A DNA stretch of 64,000 nt from Octopus vulgaris (lineage: Eukaryota), in contig OX597831.1 of NCBI GenBank assembly GCA_951406725.2, positions 34,534,001-34,598,000 of the forward strand, given 5' to 3'. A model generated the notes under the pieces. That model had not been told where the DNA came from. It did no database searches and saw only the letters and a list, made by a program, of their open reading frames with translations. Made by a program: the position numbers and the translations under genes. This document shows, one piece after another, positions 40,014 through 53,139 of this stretch (its first letter is position 1; each line of letters starts with the position of its first letter).

Positions 40014-40735
40014 CAAAATGGGACAAGAACGCAAAACATCCAGACAGTTAGGTGATATAAGAAAGGGTCAACAAAACATCCAGATAGATGATACAAAGAA
40101 AACAAAGATGGGTCATTCGGAGTTTTCTTTCCTCAGTCGAGTTCCAGATTATCTTTACGATTTCCGCTGGTTATAATCGAGATTGCTCCAATCTGGCCAG
40201 CCCCAGGGAAAAACTAAGCTAAGATAATTAGATTACTTGGAAGAAAGCAGCGAATGTATACGAAAACAGGGACAGGAAAAAAACGGAGAAGGTTACACAA
40301 ATACAAATAACAGGACATAACAACAGGTGTCTTTCGACTAAGGACAAATTACATTAAGCTGGCGTGTATGGAAGTAAAGCCTTACGGCAGGGATACAAAG
40401 TTTCGCAGGTACAGAGAAGAATATAGATGTTGCACGGACAACAGTTGAAACAAGAAATAATGGTCAGGCTTGGCCGAATACCCAACACGTGGGGAGAGAA
40501 GAGAGAGAGGTAGAGGCAGAGGGACAGAAGAAATAAGGAAGCGCAAGAAAAAAATGACAGGGACACAGTGAAGTGAAAAGAGGAGAGAAAGGGAGCATGA
40601 AGAGAAGGCAATGAAATATGAGAGTGGGGGAACGAAAGAACGAAAAGTGGTATGAAACGAAGCGTGCAAGGGCCGATAGAAAGTAGGAAAGAATAAAAGA
40701 ATAGAGTCGTACAAGATTTAGATAAATATATACTT
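40011..40735 (-). mobile_element. (TA)n-flanked unclassified element, probably Penelope pLTR-type
   Basis: Its first 117 bp recur at 41361-41477, also after (TA)n. Layout resembles 56491-57620. Confidence 0.45.
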
Positions 40736-40776
40736 ACATGTAAGAGACCAAAGTGTACGTACGCCGCTTTATATAC

Positions 40777-40834
<58 letters not shown>

Positions 40835-40842
40835 TAAAAAGA

Positions 40843-40874
<32 letters not shown>

Positions 40875-40876
<2 letters not shown>

Positions 40877-41304
40877 TCTTTTTACTCTTTACTCTTTTAC
40901 TCTTTTACTTGTTTCAGTCATTTGACTGCGGCCATGCTGGAGCAACGCCTTTAGTCGACCAAATCGACCCCAGGATTTATTCTTTATAAGCCTAGTACTT
41001 ATTCTATCGGTCTCTTTTGCCGAACCGCTAGGTTACGGGGACGTAAACACACCAGCATCGGTTGTCAAGCGATGTTGGGGTGGACTAACACGGACACACA
41101 AACATATACATACACATACATACATATATATACATATATACCACAGGCTTCTTTCAGTTTCTGTCTACCAAATCCACTCACAAAGCATTGGTCGGCCCGA
41201 GGCTATAGTAGAAGACACATGCCCAAGGTGCCACGCAGTGGGAATGAACCCGGAACCATGTGGTTGGTAAGCAAGCTACTTACCACACAGCCACTCCTGC
41301 GCCT
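40875..41304 (-). mobile_element. SINE family C
   Basis: Consensus match. Confidence 0.85.
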
Positions 41305-41326
41305 ATATATATATAATATATATATA

Positions 41327-41363
<37 letters not shown>

Positions 41364-42099
41364 CAAAATGGGACAAGAACGCAAAACATCCAGACAGTTA
41401 GGTGATACAAGAAAGGGACAACAAAACATCCAGATAGAGGATACAAAGAAAAGAAGGACGGGTCATTCGGAGTTTTCCATTATACATATATAACCATGCA
41501 AAAATCGTGCCTGTGTGTGTACTTCTTTATAAGTGTATATGTGTGATTGTTTGTATTTCATATATCGAAGCATGGTGTATACTATTAGATATGCGTCGGT
41601 AGATGTTTCCTAATGAATTTGTACAGCCTCGTTTTGTCACCATCGTCATCATCGTTGTCGTTGCCTTCGCCATCGTTGTTGTCGTCCGCATCTTTGTCGT
41701 CCTCCTCGTCGTCGTCGTCATCGTTGTCATCGTAGCCCACTTCTTTACGTTCAGTTTAATCTTTATTGTTTTATAGATTTCTTTAATATTCTCAAACCTC
41801 CTGAAAAACAAAAGCATAAACAAAATCGTTTCGATTGTGTCATTCAATCTTTGTATCTTCTGCTATTGTATTCGCTCTTCAAAACTGAAGAGAACTGAGA
41901 GAACAAAAGAATGTTACTTTCCTTCGCTCTACGTCTTTCGAAAGAAATTATAAATAAACCGCCTCCTCGTTGTTGTTACTTATTCTTCTTACAGATGGCG
42001 AAGGATATATGCTTGAAAAAAAATCGATAAATTTACACTTTCTGGAAATGTTCTCCAGATGTTATTATTCTAAATTAAGAAAAGTAAAAGTTTGCGATG

Positions 42100-42480
42100 A
42101 ACATTTAGCACAAGTCATCTTGTGGAGCAGCTAGATGTTTCGACGACTCTCCGCCTTCTCAGTCGCTGTTGAATTAAAGATAGTTAATAGTTTATCTGTA
42201 CAGTATATAACAGTTATATAGGGGTTTATTCATTCAGTTGTACAATGTATTTACTACAAGTTACCTTGCGGAACAGTTAGATGTTTCGGTGACTGTTCGT
42301 CGCATCATCTACTGTTGAACATAGTTACTACTTGTTTAGCTGCGAAATATGTAACAGTTATAAAAATGCTTATTCATTTAGCCACACGGTATATTTGACC
42401 AAATTATTTAGTGGATCGTCGGGAGGTTTCGGTACAGTTACTATTAAATTAAAGACATTTCGTTTTTCAGACGCATAGTA
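42100..42480 (-). repeat. Degenerate ~145-bp tandem repeat, each unit with a hammerhead remnant
   Basis: gtttcg recurs at 42137, 42283 and 42426 in alignable context. Unit 1 minus strand reads CTGAGAA-ggcg/cgtc-GAAAC-ATC. Confidence 0.6.
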
Positions 42481-42885
42481 CATTTGCTACAATATATTTA
42501 CCACTAAATGCAATTATGCAATATACATGGCAATAAAAAATACCAACTTAATAACAAATATAGCTGACGCAGAAATTCATTTAGCGAAATATGTTATATT
42601 CAATATTAACAGGAAAGAGAGAAGACATGGCGAGTTTGCACTATATGTCTATGAGGTTTCAAAACTCCAATCTTGCTGTCACGGTTTTTATTTTAAAATC
42701 TGATACTTATTCTATCATCCTTTTTTGCTCGACGACCATGTCACGGGACATAAAAAAACAGCACTGTATCTCAAGCGGCGACATAAGGACAAATAGCCCC
42801 CCACACACACACACACACACGCACTCACATGCATACAATGTGAGACGGCTTCTATGTAGTCTACGTCGTCAATAAATTATCTGGG

Positions 42886-43280
42886 AAGGAGGCGAGCTGG
42901 CAGAAACGTTAGCACGCCGGGCGAAATGCGTAGCCGTATTTCGTCTGCCGTTACGTTCTGAGTTCAAATTCCGCCGAGGTCGACTTTGCTTCATCCTTTC
43001 GGGGTCGATTAAATAAGTACCAGTTATGCACTGGGTTCGATGTAATCGACTTAATCCGTTTGTCTGTCCTTATTTGTCCTCTCTGTGTTTAGTCCCGTGT
43101 GGGTAGTAAAGAAATAGGTATTTCGTCTTTCTTTACGTTCTGAGTTCAAATTCCACCGAGGTCGACTTAGCCTTTCATCCTTTCGGGGTCGATAAATTAT
43201 GTACCAGTTGCATACTGGGGTCAATCTAATCGACTGGCACCCACACCAAAAAGTTCGGGCCTTGAGTAGAAAAGAATAAT
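42886..43280 (+). mobile_element. Family B SINE dimer
   Basis: Full monomer 42886-43118 joined to a 5'-truncated second monomer. Confidence 0.85.
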
Positions 43281-43678
43281 CTATTTGGGATATAAATGAG
43301 TTATGAGGCATCTTTTGATGTACACATTAGCACAGCACCAACGATGTGTAAAAGGAAAGCGGGTTGGAACCTGAGATCATTTAGTACCAGGGGGCAAAAT
43401 ACCATTCTACATTTATGGCGAAAACTTTACCGTTTGTTGCCTGGACTACTGCTCATAATGATGGTCGCCAAACAGTATTAAATTAACAACAAAACCTGAA
43501 GCAATCCAAAGATGCTTCGCACGCTTTACGGAAAGAGCTAAGCTGCTGCGAGTCGTTGAAAGCATTGAAACTCTACTCCCTGAAGAGAAGATATGCGTTG
43601 ATCTTTACATGGCAGACCCTTAAAGGGCTCGCACCAAACTTCGGTAATGAAAACTATACCCATCCCCAAATTGGTATA

Positions 43679-44969
43679 CGAGGGACGTTCAATAAGTAAT
43701 GCCTCTGACCCACTTGCAGTTGTTTGATCTAGCTGAAATGTTGCATGTGTAATCATTTATATATCTATAGAGTAAGTGGCAAATTACAGCTCTAAATTAA
43801 TTGTGGTTTCTGATTTACAGGTGTTTGAACCGAGTCAAGTGTGAAATGGAGCCTGTTGAGTGTCGAGCAGTGATCCGGTTTTTGTATTTGAAAGGACGCA
43901 CACCACGGGAGACTTTTGATGAAATGAAAGTAACTTATGGTGATGATGCCCCATCATATGACCTTGTAAAACGCTGGCATCGTGAATTCAAACATGGTCG
44001 GAACTCTGTGGAAACAGCTCCCAGATCTGGTCGCCCCCTTCTGCCATTGATGAGGCATCTGTCCGTCAAGTTGAGGCTGCCATTTTGGAAGATCAACGCA
44101 TAACTATTCGCCAAATAGCCCATGAGGTCAAGATTAGTACCGGGTCTGTGGAAACTATCATTCATGACCATTTGCATATGCAAAAGGTGTCTACCAGATG
44201 GATTCCCAGGCTGCTCACGCCTTTCCAGAAGCAAGAACGCGTCGAGTGCTCGAGGGTGAATTTGGAGATGTGCCAAGAAGATGGGTCAAAATCTTTCAAA
44301 AGACTGATTACACAGGATGAAACCTGGGTCCATCACGATGATTCAGAGACCAAAGCCCAGTCAATGCAGTGGAAGCACCGTGACTCACCCCCTCCAAGTA
44401 AGGCAAGGATGCAGCCCTCCGCTGGCAAGGTCATGCTCACAGTCTTCTGGGACCAGGACGGAGTAGTGATGACAGATTTCCTGGCAAAGGGTACCACAAT
44501 TGCAGGAGCCTATTATGCTTCACTTTTGAGGAAATTAAGAGAAGTTATCAAAATCAAGAGGCGGGGCAAGATCAGCAAAGGCATCCTCCTCCTGCAGGAC
44601 AACGCTCCGGTCCACAACTCGCTTGTCGCCAGATCAGAAGCACAGGCGTATGGCTATGAACTCCTCCCCTATCCCCCTACTTTCCTGACCTTGCACCCTC
44701 TGATTTTCACCTCTTCCCAGTGATGAAGTTGTTTTTGAAAGGAAAGCGTTTCCCAGATGATGCAGCCTTGATTTCTGAAGTCGCGTTCCGGTTGGAGGAC
44801 CAAGCTGGGGTCTTCTACAAAAACGGTCTCCAGAGCTGCATCAAACAATGGGAGAAATGCGTAACTCTGGGTGGTTCCTATGTAGAAAGAGACTAATAAC
44901 TGTGCCAAGTTTCGTTGCTCTACTGCTATGGGAAGTGGGTCAGGGGCATTACTTATTGAACGCCCCTCG
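43679..44969 (+). mobile_element. Full-length mariner (DD34D) transposon, 1291 bp
   Basis: TIRs cgagggacgttcaataagtaatgcctctgacccact / agtgggtcaggggcattacttattgaacgcccctcg, with TA TSD at 43677-78 and 44970-71. Confidence 0.97.
43846..44896 (+). pseudogene. Mariner transposase with two frameshifts
   Basis: MEPVECRAVIRFL..PRSGRP / WIPRLL..TQDETW..LQDNAPVH / YFPDLAPSDFHLF..YVERD*. Frameshifts fall in C-runs near 44035 and 44675. Confidence 0.93.
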
Positions 44970-46022
44970 TATGCTCATAGGTTATGTGCATATACGCATA
45001 AATACACTTACACAAATATTTATACGGTTCTATAAATACTTATTATTTTGTTTTCTTATTTTGATATCCTTTCCTATTAACCTCTTATCCCTTATAATTC
45101 CTTACTTTCCTTGTTCTTAAATAGATATTTTTCAGTTACGTAGGTCTATGCGAGATGGTTATCCTATATCCTTATAAACGTATAAATATCTGTGTATGTG
45201 CATATGTGCATATAAGAACATATATAAATGTGTGTGTGTATCTGTATGCATCTTTACTTTTTTCTGATTCATGGCTTAAAATTAATAGATAACATGTATA
45301 TCTTTCCAGTTATTCCATAAGTAAATGCCTCGAGCAGTCTTTATACAAACCACCTTATAAGTAATTAATTAAGTACAGGAATGAATATTAAACTGATTCT
45401 ATGTAATCTTTCCTTTTTAATGTTTATAAGTGATATATACACACATTTTGCCTATTTTGGTTATGATATCATTTTTGAAAAATCTTTAATTTTATTTTTA
45501 TACAACATAACAATATTGTTTATAAACAATCACCCATAGTGCCCCAAAATAAAATTTCCTCTGTATTAACATATTAGCTCTCTTAGCGTCTTTCCCCTTT
45601 AACTGGTAATTAACATCGTGATTTAAAGTCTTCCCCTACCCAACCTCTTTTTATAGACGGTTACTTATATCCAATTGACTACTCCTAATGTCTTCTTTCC
45701 TCCCTGGGGAAAAGGGATACATACGATAATATTTATGACCATACCTAGCCATGGGCTGTCAACTAACTCTTCTCCTTTATTCAAAGTAGAATCAGTCTTC
45801 TAGTCTTAGATTTAGTAATTGATAAAGAGATAAATGAATTAGAAATGAATTACAATCCCTTACAATACTATTACCCCAATAGGCTTCATATGATTTTCGG
45901 AAGTGTAGTCTATTCTTAGCTACAATAGCGACATCATAAATTTCTTCCATCTTGTTCTGTTAAAATATTTGAGAAAAATTATATTAATGTATCCTACTTG
46001 TTAAAATTCTATTTATTTATTT

Positions 46023-46110
46023 GTGCAGCTGAAGATGGCACTACATTTAAATCGATGTAATGATTGCATTGTTCAATTAAATGGAACTGCTTGAAACGGT
46101 CGTACTGCAT
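46023..46110 (+). ncRNA. Type I hammerhead ribozyme motif
   Basis: Stem I gtgcag/ctgcat (6 bp), CTGAAGA 46029-46035, stem II ggca/tgct with a large loop, GAAAC 46093-46097, GGTC loop, GUA 46102-46104. Confidence 0.75.
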
Positions 46111-46139
46111 CACTACTCGATATCCTGTTGCTTATTTTG

Positions 46140-46843
46140 ATTTTAGAAATATGATATTTCTAAATCTTTCAGAGAGATTTATACAGTAGCAGTACGATAA
46201 AGTGATGGTATGCTGCCAACTTAATGTGGCCGTCCTATGAATAGGAAGAATGCTACTGCTATTTAGCCCAAGGAAACACCGTTTCCAGTTGGCCATGGCA
46301 CATTTTCTGTGTCCTTATGTTTTCAAAGGGGAGATAAGCACCTCCACCCAGCATAGCCAGCACTCGGGGTCTAGTTTCAGAGTCATTGCTCATCGTCAGT
46401 CTGGAGTAGCATGGCTTGCTAGCTGTCGATGCTTATTCGCCTCTGAAACCATAGATTTCAAGTGAAATACATTCACTGATTTCACATTAAGTTGGCAACT
46501 TTATAGTGATGCTACTGTACTCTCTGAGAGATTTAGAAATGTAATATTTCTATTTTAGAAATCAGTGAATGTATTTCACTTGAAATGTATGTTTTCAGAG
46601 GCGAATAAGCATCGACAGCTAGCAAGCCATGCTACTCCAGACTGACGATGAGCAATGACTCTGAAACTAGACCCCGAGTGCTGGCTTTGCTGGGTGGAGG
46701 TGCTTATCTCCCCTTTGAAAACATAAGGACACAGAAAATGTTTCATGGCCAACTGGAAACGGTGATTCCTAAGGCAAATAGCAGTAGCATTCTTCCCTTT
46801 CATGGGATTGCCACATTAAGTTGGCAATATGCCATCACTTTAT
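46140..46843. repeat. Inverted repeat (arms 46197-46483 and 46558-46843) whose spacer is an inverted copy of 46140-46229
   Basis: Arms are clearly alignable with scattered substitutions and contain CTGACGA-tgag/ctct-GAAAC (46642-46667). Confidence 0.9.
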
Positions 46844-46957
46844 TTTGATTTTATTCACCTTACTTCGAGCTGTGCGGATAATACCGGACTGACTTGGTGC
46901 TTCAATTTAAGTACCTAATTCAACTGAATCTAAATTATTTTAAATAGGTGTATGTGC

Positions 46958-46993
<36 letters not shown>

Positions 46994-46997
46994 ATAG

Positions 46998-47028
<31 letters not shown>

Positions 47029-47044
47029 GATAGATTGATTGATT

Positions 47045-47087
<43 letters not shown>

Positions 47088-47104
47088 TGATTGATTGATT
47101 GATT

Positions 47105-47174
<70 letters not shown>

Positions 47175-47185
47175 GTTTGTATACT

Positions 47186-47220
<35 letters not shown>

Positions 47221-47850
47221 TCACCCAGGATGCATTGCCAAAAATCTATCTCTAGACAATGTTTTAATACGGCTTCATTAATACAACTATTTAAAGACTA
47301 CTATTCCAAGATCGAAGCCAAGAACCGCCTGTCAGAACCTAAACAGCAATGTCTTGGAGAGAATCTAATGAATTCAAGATAAATCAGAAGATAATTGCAG
47401 CGACCATTCCATCAACAGAGAATGTATTATCGCTTAATTCCATTTACTTCCCAAAGGGCCGTAATATCTATCATTATATTTCTTACTTTCTTTATTCCTT
47501 CTTTCTGTGTTTCTTGCTCTCTTCCTTGTTTTCGCTCTCGCTTTGTTTTCTACCTTATTTAATTCATCCGTTTGATCATTAATATTGTCATATATATATA
47601 TCCTTACACGTACATGCACGCACGTATAGATACACACCACACGCGGACACACATGAACATACATACACACGTACACACACACACTCTCAAACATGTAGGC
47701 GAACACATAAAAGCAACTGTGCACGAGTACGCGTCTAAATAACGATGATTGTGCGTGCGTGCGTGTGTGTGTGTGTGTGTGTGTGTGCGTGCGTGCGTGT
47801 GTGTGTGTGTGTGTGTGCGTGCGTGCGTGTGTGTGTGTGTGTGTGTGTGC

Positions 47851-47923
<73 letters not shown>

Positions 47924-48084
47924 CGTGCGTGTGTGTGTGTGTGTGATGTGGTTGTGCAATTAAGAAGTTCGCTTCGCAGTCATGAGGCTTCGGTTTCAGC
48001 CACACTGTGCGGTAGCTTGAGAGAATGATTTCTGTTATAGCCCCGAGCTGACTAATATAAAGTGAGCGAGTTTGTAAACGAACA

Positions 48085-49160
48085 CATGATCACGACCAGA
48101 CTGGGGGGAAAATGTATCTTCATTGGCTTCAAACTCTTCCAGCAAATCTAAGCAAACTTTCACGCCCGTCTCATTCAAGCTAACTATCTTGCACACACTT
48201 TCCAATTCCGAAATATACTGCCATCTACAGGAATGCATTATTACCCTGATGTTGTGTAGCCAATTCACTGACTGTTACTCATCTATCCGCGCGAATCATT
48301 TGTTCATTCGACATTCGTGTAAATGGTCGCAGTTGATGGTCTCCCACGGCATGGCTTCCTTCAGTATTAGTTACCCTTTCTTTAAAATTCTTCATCCATC
48401 GACACATAATTACTCTTTTACTCTTTTATTTGTTTCAGTCATTTGACTGCAGCCATGCTGGAGCTCCGCCTTTAGTCGAACAGATGGAACTTATTCTTTG
48501 TAAGCCTAGTACTTATTCTATCGGTCTCTATTGCTGAACTGCTAAGTTACGGGGACGTAGTCACACCAACATCGGTTGTCAAGCGACGGTGGAGGAGGAA
48601 CAAACATACATACAAGCATATATATATATATATATATATATGACAAGCTTATTTCAGTTTCTGTCTACCACCCTCAAGGCTTCAGTCGGCCCGAGGCTAT
48701 AGCAGAAGACAGTCGTCCAAGGTGCCACGCAGTGGGACTGAACCTAGAATCATGTAGTTGGTAAGAAAGCTTCTTACCACATAGCCACTCCTTGTCAATA
48801 ATTCTTTCTAATTTTTAGTACAAAGTCAGCAATTTTAAGGGGATGAAGGAAGTCGACTACATCGATACCAGTGCTCAAATAATACTTTGTCTACCAGTAC
48901 CAGTTGCGTACTGGGGTCGATCTAATCGACTTGCCCCCTCCCCAAAAATTTCGAGCCTTGTGCCTAGAGTAGAAAATAATGCTTTATCAACCTGTAGGAG
49001 TGGCTGTGTGGTAAGTAGCTTGCTTACCGACCACATGGTTCCGGGTTCAGTCCCACTGCGTGGCACCTTGATCAAGTGTCTTCTACTATAGCCTCGCGTC
49101 GACCTTCAATGAAAGCTTTGTGAATGGATTTGGTAGACGGAAACTGAAAGAAGCCTGTCG

Positions 49161-49202
<42 letters not shown>

Positions 49203-49203
49203 T

Positions 49204-49240
<37 letters not shown>

Positions 49241-49773
49241 TGTATGTGTGTGTATATATGTGTGTGTGTATGTGTGTGTATATATGTTTGTGTGTCTGGG
49301 TTTGTTGTTCCAACATCGCTTGACAACCGATGCTGGTGTGTTTACGTCCTCGTAACATAGCGGTTCGGCCAAAGACCGATAGAATAAGTACTAGGCTTAC
49401 AAAGAATAAGTCCTCAATTTGCTCGACTAAAGGTGGTGCTCCAGCATGGCCACAGTCAAATGACTGAAACAAATAAAAGAGTGACCCCGAAAGTTAAAAA
49501 GTCGAAATCTACCGGAAGACTTTCGTCAATAATGTCATCTTGGTAAAAACCCATAGCTTTCTGTGGATGTCAGAGAAGGCACACCCTTTTTCAGTCAAGA
49601 ACTAATCGACGGGATGTTGCTTCTACTAGGAAGCAAATATTTACCCGCAAAGAAGAAGGACGGAGAAAAAAGTTGGTACAGAGGAAGCGTTAACCTATCA
49701 AGATGCGCAAGTTGAACGAATTACATTTGTTAATGTATGCGTATTTTTTGCATTACTTTCGGTACAACTCTCA
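48085..49773 (-). mobile_element. Old mariner 5' remnant split by nested SINEs
   Basis: TIR-like tgagagttgtaccgaaagtaatgca at 49749-49773 next to TA. N-terminal fragment FLTEKGCAFSDIHRKL at ~49550-49600. It continues at 48085-48400 as WMKNFKE..MIRADR*VTVSELATQ..VKVCLDLLEEFEANEDTF. Confidence 0.65.
48411..49481. mobile_element. Two family C SINEs (48411-48792 -, 48995-49481 +) with family B fragments between
   Basis: Consensus matches. Confidence 0.8.
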
Positions 49774-49786
49774 TATATATGTGTGA

Positions 49787-49828
<42 letters not shown>

Positions 49829-49834
49829 GTGTGT

Positions 49835-49917
<83 letters not shown>

Positions 49918-50623
49918 CGCGCACCAGCAGGTGTATGTGTGCTGGTATAGGTTTCACACTTTCTGAAAAATAGTCAAGGCTAAAATACCTTGTACGAACA
50001 CCTGATACATCTTGTAGACACTCTAATTGACACTGTAAAATATCAAGAAAATGAGATTTTCAAACACACACGCACGCCCACGAATGCACACTCATACTCA
50101 CACATATGTATGTATGCATGAAGGTACGTAAGTACGGATGTAACCACATATGCCTCTCTATATTATATGTGTATGTACAAAAATATGAATAAAATTTAGC
50201 AAAATTTAATAGAAATGAACGAAAAATACCATTATTCTAGTTAAAATTCAGTTACTTATATATTTGACGTAAATTTGACAGCTTAGGCCAAACAGTAACG
50301 GAAATAAATTTTACGAAGAGAAATCGTACGGATAGACAAGATTCAGAAACAATTCTTAAAGTTATAGTCCAGCTACATATAAGACACTAGACATGTTAAT
50401 TGCTTGCTTCTATAGTTTTGATTGCATCTTTAGTATTTCGTTTCGTAGATGCTGTAGGTGGCAATATTTTATTCGTTGTTGCGAGGTCTAACTTTAGAAT
50501 AATAATGATTTCTGTACATGCAGTACATGTATCACTTATTTCATATGACTGAATAAGATTAAGTAATATCGGCCATACTATTTTTCTCTCTCTGCCCTTC
50601 TTTTTCTCACTCCCTCTCTCTCA

Positions 50624-50669
<46 letters not shown>

Positions 50670-51159
50670 ATATCTATCTATCTGTCTGTCTATCTATCCG
50701 CTAAGTTTTTCCATTTCTTTTCTCTCTCCGACTGTAAACTTGTATGTATGTATGTATGTATGTATGTATGTATGTATGTATGTATGTATGTATGTATGTA
50801 TGTATGTATGTATGTATGTATGTATGTGTGTGTGTGTGTATGTATGTATGTATGCATGTATTTATGTATGTATGTATGTATGTACTTACGTATGCATGTA
50901 TGTATAGAATGATTATTCTGTTCTTCAGGGCAGCTGTAAAGTCACGTACAATAAAGAGCTAGCTCGTAATAAGGGGGAAACAAATCGTACGTTTGCAGCA
51001 ATCAAATTTCTATAAACTTTCTAACATATTCACGTTATGTTTATAATATAAAAACATAACGGTTAGTCATTGGACAGCAGCCATCTTGGGTTGGGTTAAC
51101 AATCTATCTTGGCATCATTCATACAGATTTCAGAGCATACATACAATATATATATATAT

Positions 51160-51229
<70 letters not shown>

Positions 51230-51414
51230 GAGGATAATATCGATATTTAAGTGTCGAAATTATCAAGTGGCCAGCATGAAAGAAATACCTTACAAAGGTA
51301 AAAAACTTTTAACAATTAAAAATGAGTATATATATATATATATATATATATACATACAATATATATATATATATATATAATATACATACATACAATATAT
51401 ATATATGTATGTAT

Positions 51415-51449
<35 letters not shown>

Positions 51450-51520
51450 CATACAATATATATATATATATATACATACATACAATATATATTTATTTAT
51501 ATATATATATATATACATAC

Positions 51521-51608
<88 letters not shown>

Positions 51609-51668
51609 TATATATACATATATATATATATGTATGTATACACACAAAAATACATAAATACATATATA

Positions 51669-52210
51669 TCTCTTATATAAAATCCGTTCTGTCTGTCTTC
51701 TCGGATCTCGGACATCCTCCATCCGATTGCGCTCAAATTTGATATGTAGATACCGACGGTATCAGGGCGTGTATAAGTCTTGAAAAAATTACAAAAATCG
51801 ATTCCAGGTGAGAATGCGATCGATAAAGCCATTTTTGTCCTGCTTTTCTTCCATCAACCTGTACATAACTGCACCTTCCATTTTTTGTTGTTTTTGTACT
51901 GCTTAAAGGCACGTTTCTTTCCTGCCAAGCTTACTGTTTAAACCATGTTTGTGTTCTCCCAGTCAACAGCCTTATCATTACTGGTACTTTAAACTCTTCG
52001 GTTGCATATTTGTGTGAATAAAATCGTTTGTCTTTGGAATAAAAAAAAGTCTATCTTTATTTCTTCTTTTGCTGGTGTCTCAAATTTAGGTTAAATCAAT
52101 GTTTCTCAAAGGGGAGGCCTATGAGACGGTCGGACAAGTTGTTTTGAGAAAATTTGGTTTAAATGTTTGACAACTCAGCACCGTCCATTGGACGGGGGGC
52201 GTTTTGTTCG
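51669..52210 (+). mobile_element. Non-autonomous Helitron
   Basis: 5' A|TCTCTTATATAAAA..gtctgtc..ccgattgcgctcaaatttg. 3' hairpin ccgtcca/tggacgg (52181-52195) lies ~12 nt before a TTCG|T end (variant of CTRR). No TSD. Confidence 0.65.
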
Positions 52211-52267
52211 TATATATATATATATATATATAATGGAAATATTACTATGAAGCATTGTGTAGAATAT

Positions 52268-52490
52268 ATTGTATAAAGGATCGTGGGTAAGGCCAGAACA
52301 ATGCGAAGTAAATGCAAGGTAAATCACAAGAAAACAAATACGTGAATTAATGTAGACTTATCTTGTATTCAATAACCCCGAAATACTGAATATAAGGTAA
52401 GTCTGCATTAATTTACATGTTTGTTTTCTGGTGATTTATCTTACATTTATTCAGCATTGTTTTGGCCTTACCCACGATCTTTTATACAAT
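52268..52490. repeat. Diverged inverted repeat, ~104-bp arms, 15-nt loop
   Basis: Arms 52268-52371 and 52387-52490. Mismatches are mostly transitions. Confidence 0.9.
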
Positions 52491-52947
52491 GCACACACAC
52501 ACACAAACAAGATGAGGACAAATATCTGTCAAAGGTAAATAGTCCAACAGGTGTTTGCTAATCTTCTTTTGAAGATAATTTATATAATAGATTTTTATTA
52601 ATTAATTTTTTTTTAATATTTTCACTGTATCTAGAAATTTTTCTAGTAAGAATAAAACTGAAGTGGCTGAATAAATTAGAAACATGTCACTCATAATCCC
52701 TACACTTGCCCAAGATCAATCTCCCACACCACTACATAATCCTATAGAAATTATATTCAATTTGCATTTCGGAGTGTTCTTTTTAGACGAGAATTATTAC
52801 TAATGATAGCTAATAACTTTTATTTCCAACACGGGTCTAAATTTAATTAACCAAATATGTTTTTATCGACTCAATACGTGAATTGTGCAACCCTCTGCTT
52901 CACTATACCTACGAACGTGAGTGAGTGAGTGAAAGTGTTTGTGTGTG

Positions 52948-53018
<71 letters not shown>

Positions 53019-53139
53019 TTATATAAATAGTAATTTAAACAGATACTTAGATAAATATACATATACGCATACATGTATGTATATACAGATGTCAAGTATT
53101 TAGGTTGAAATAACGAAGTATTTGTTTCTCCCACGAATT

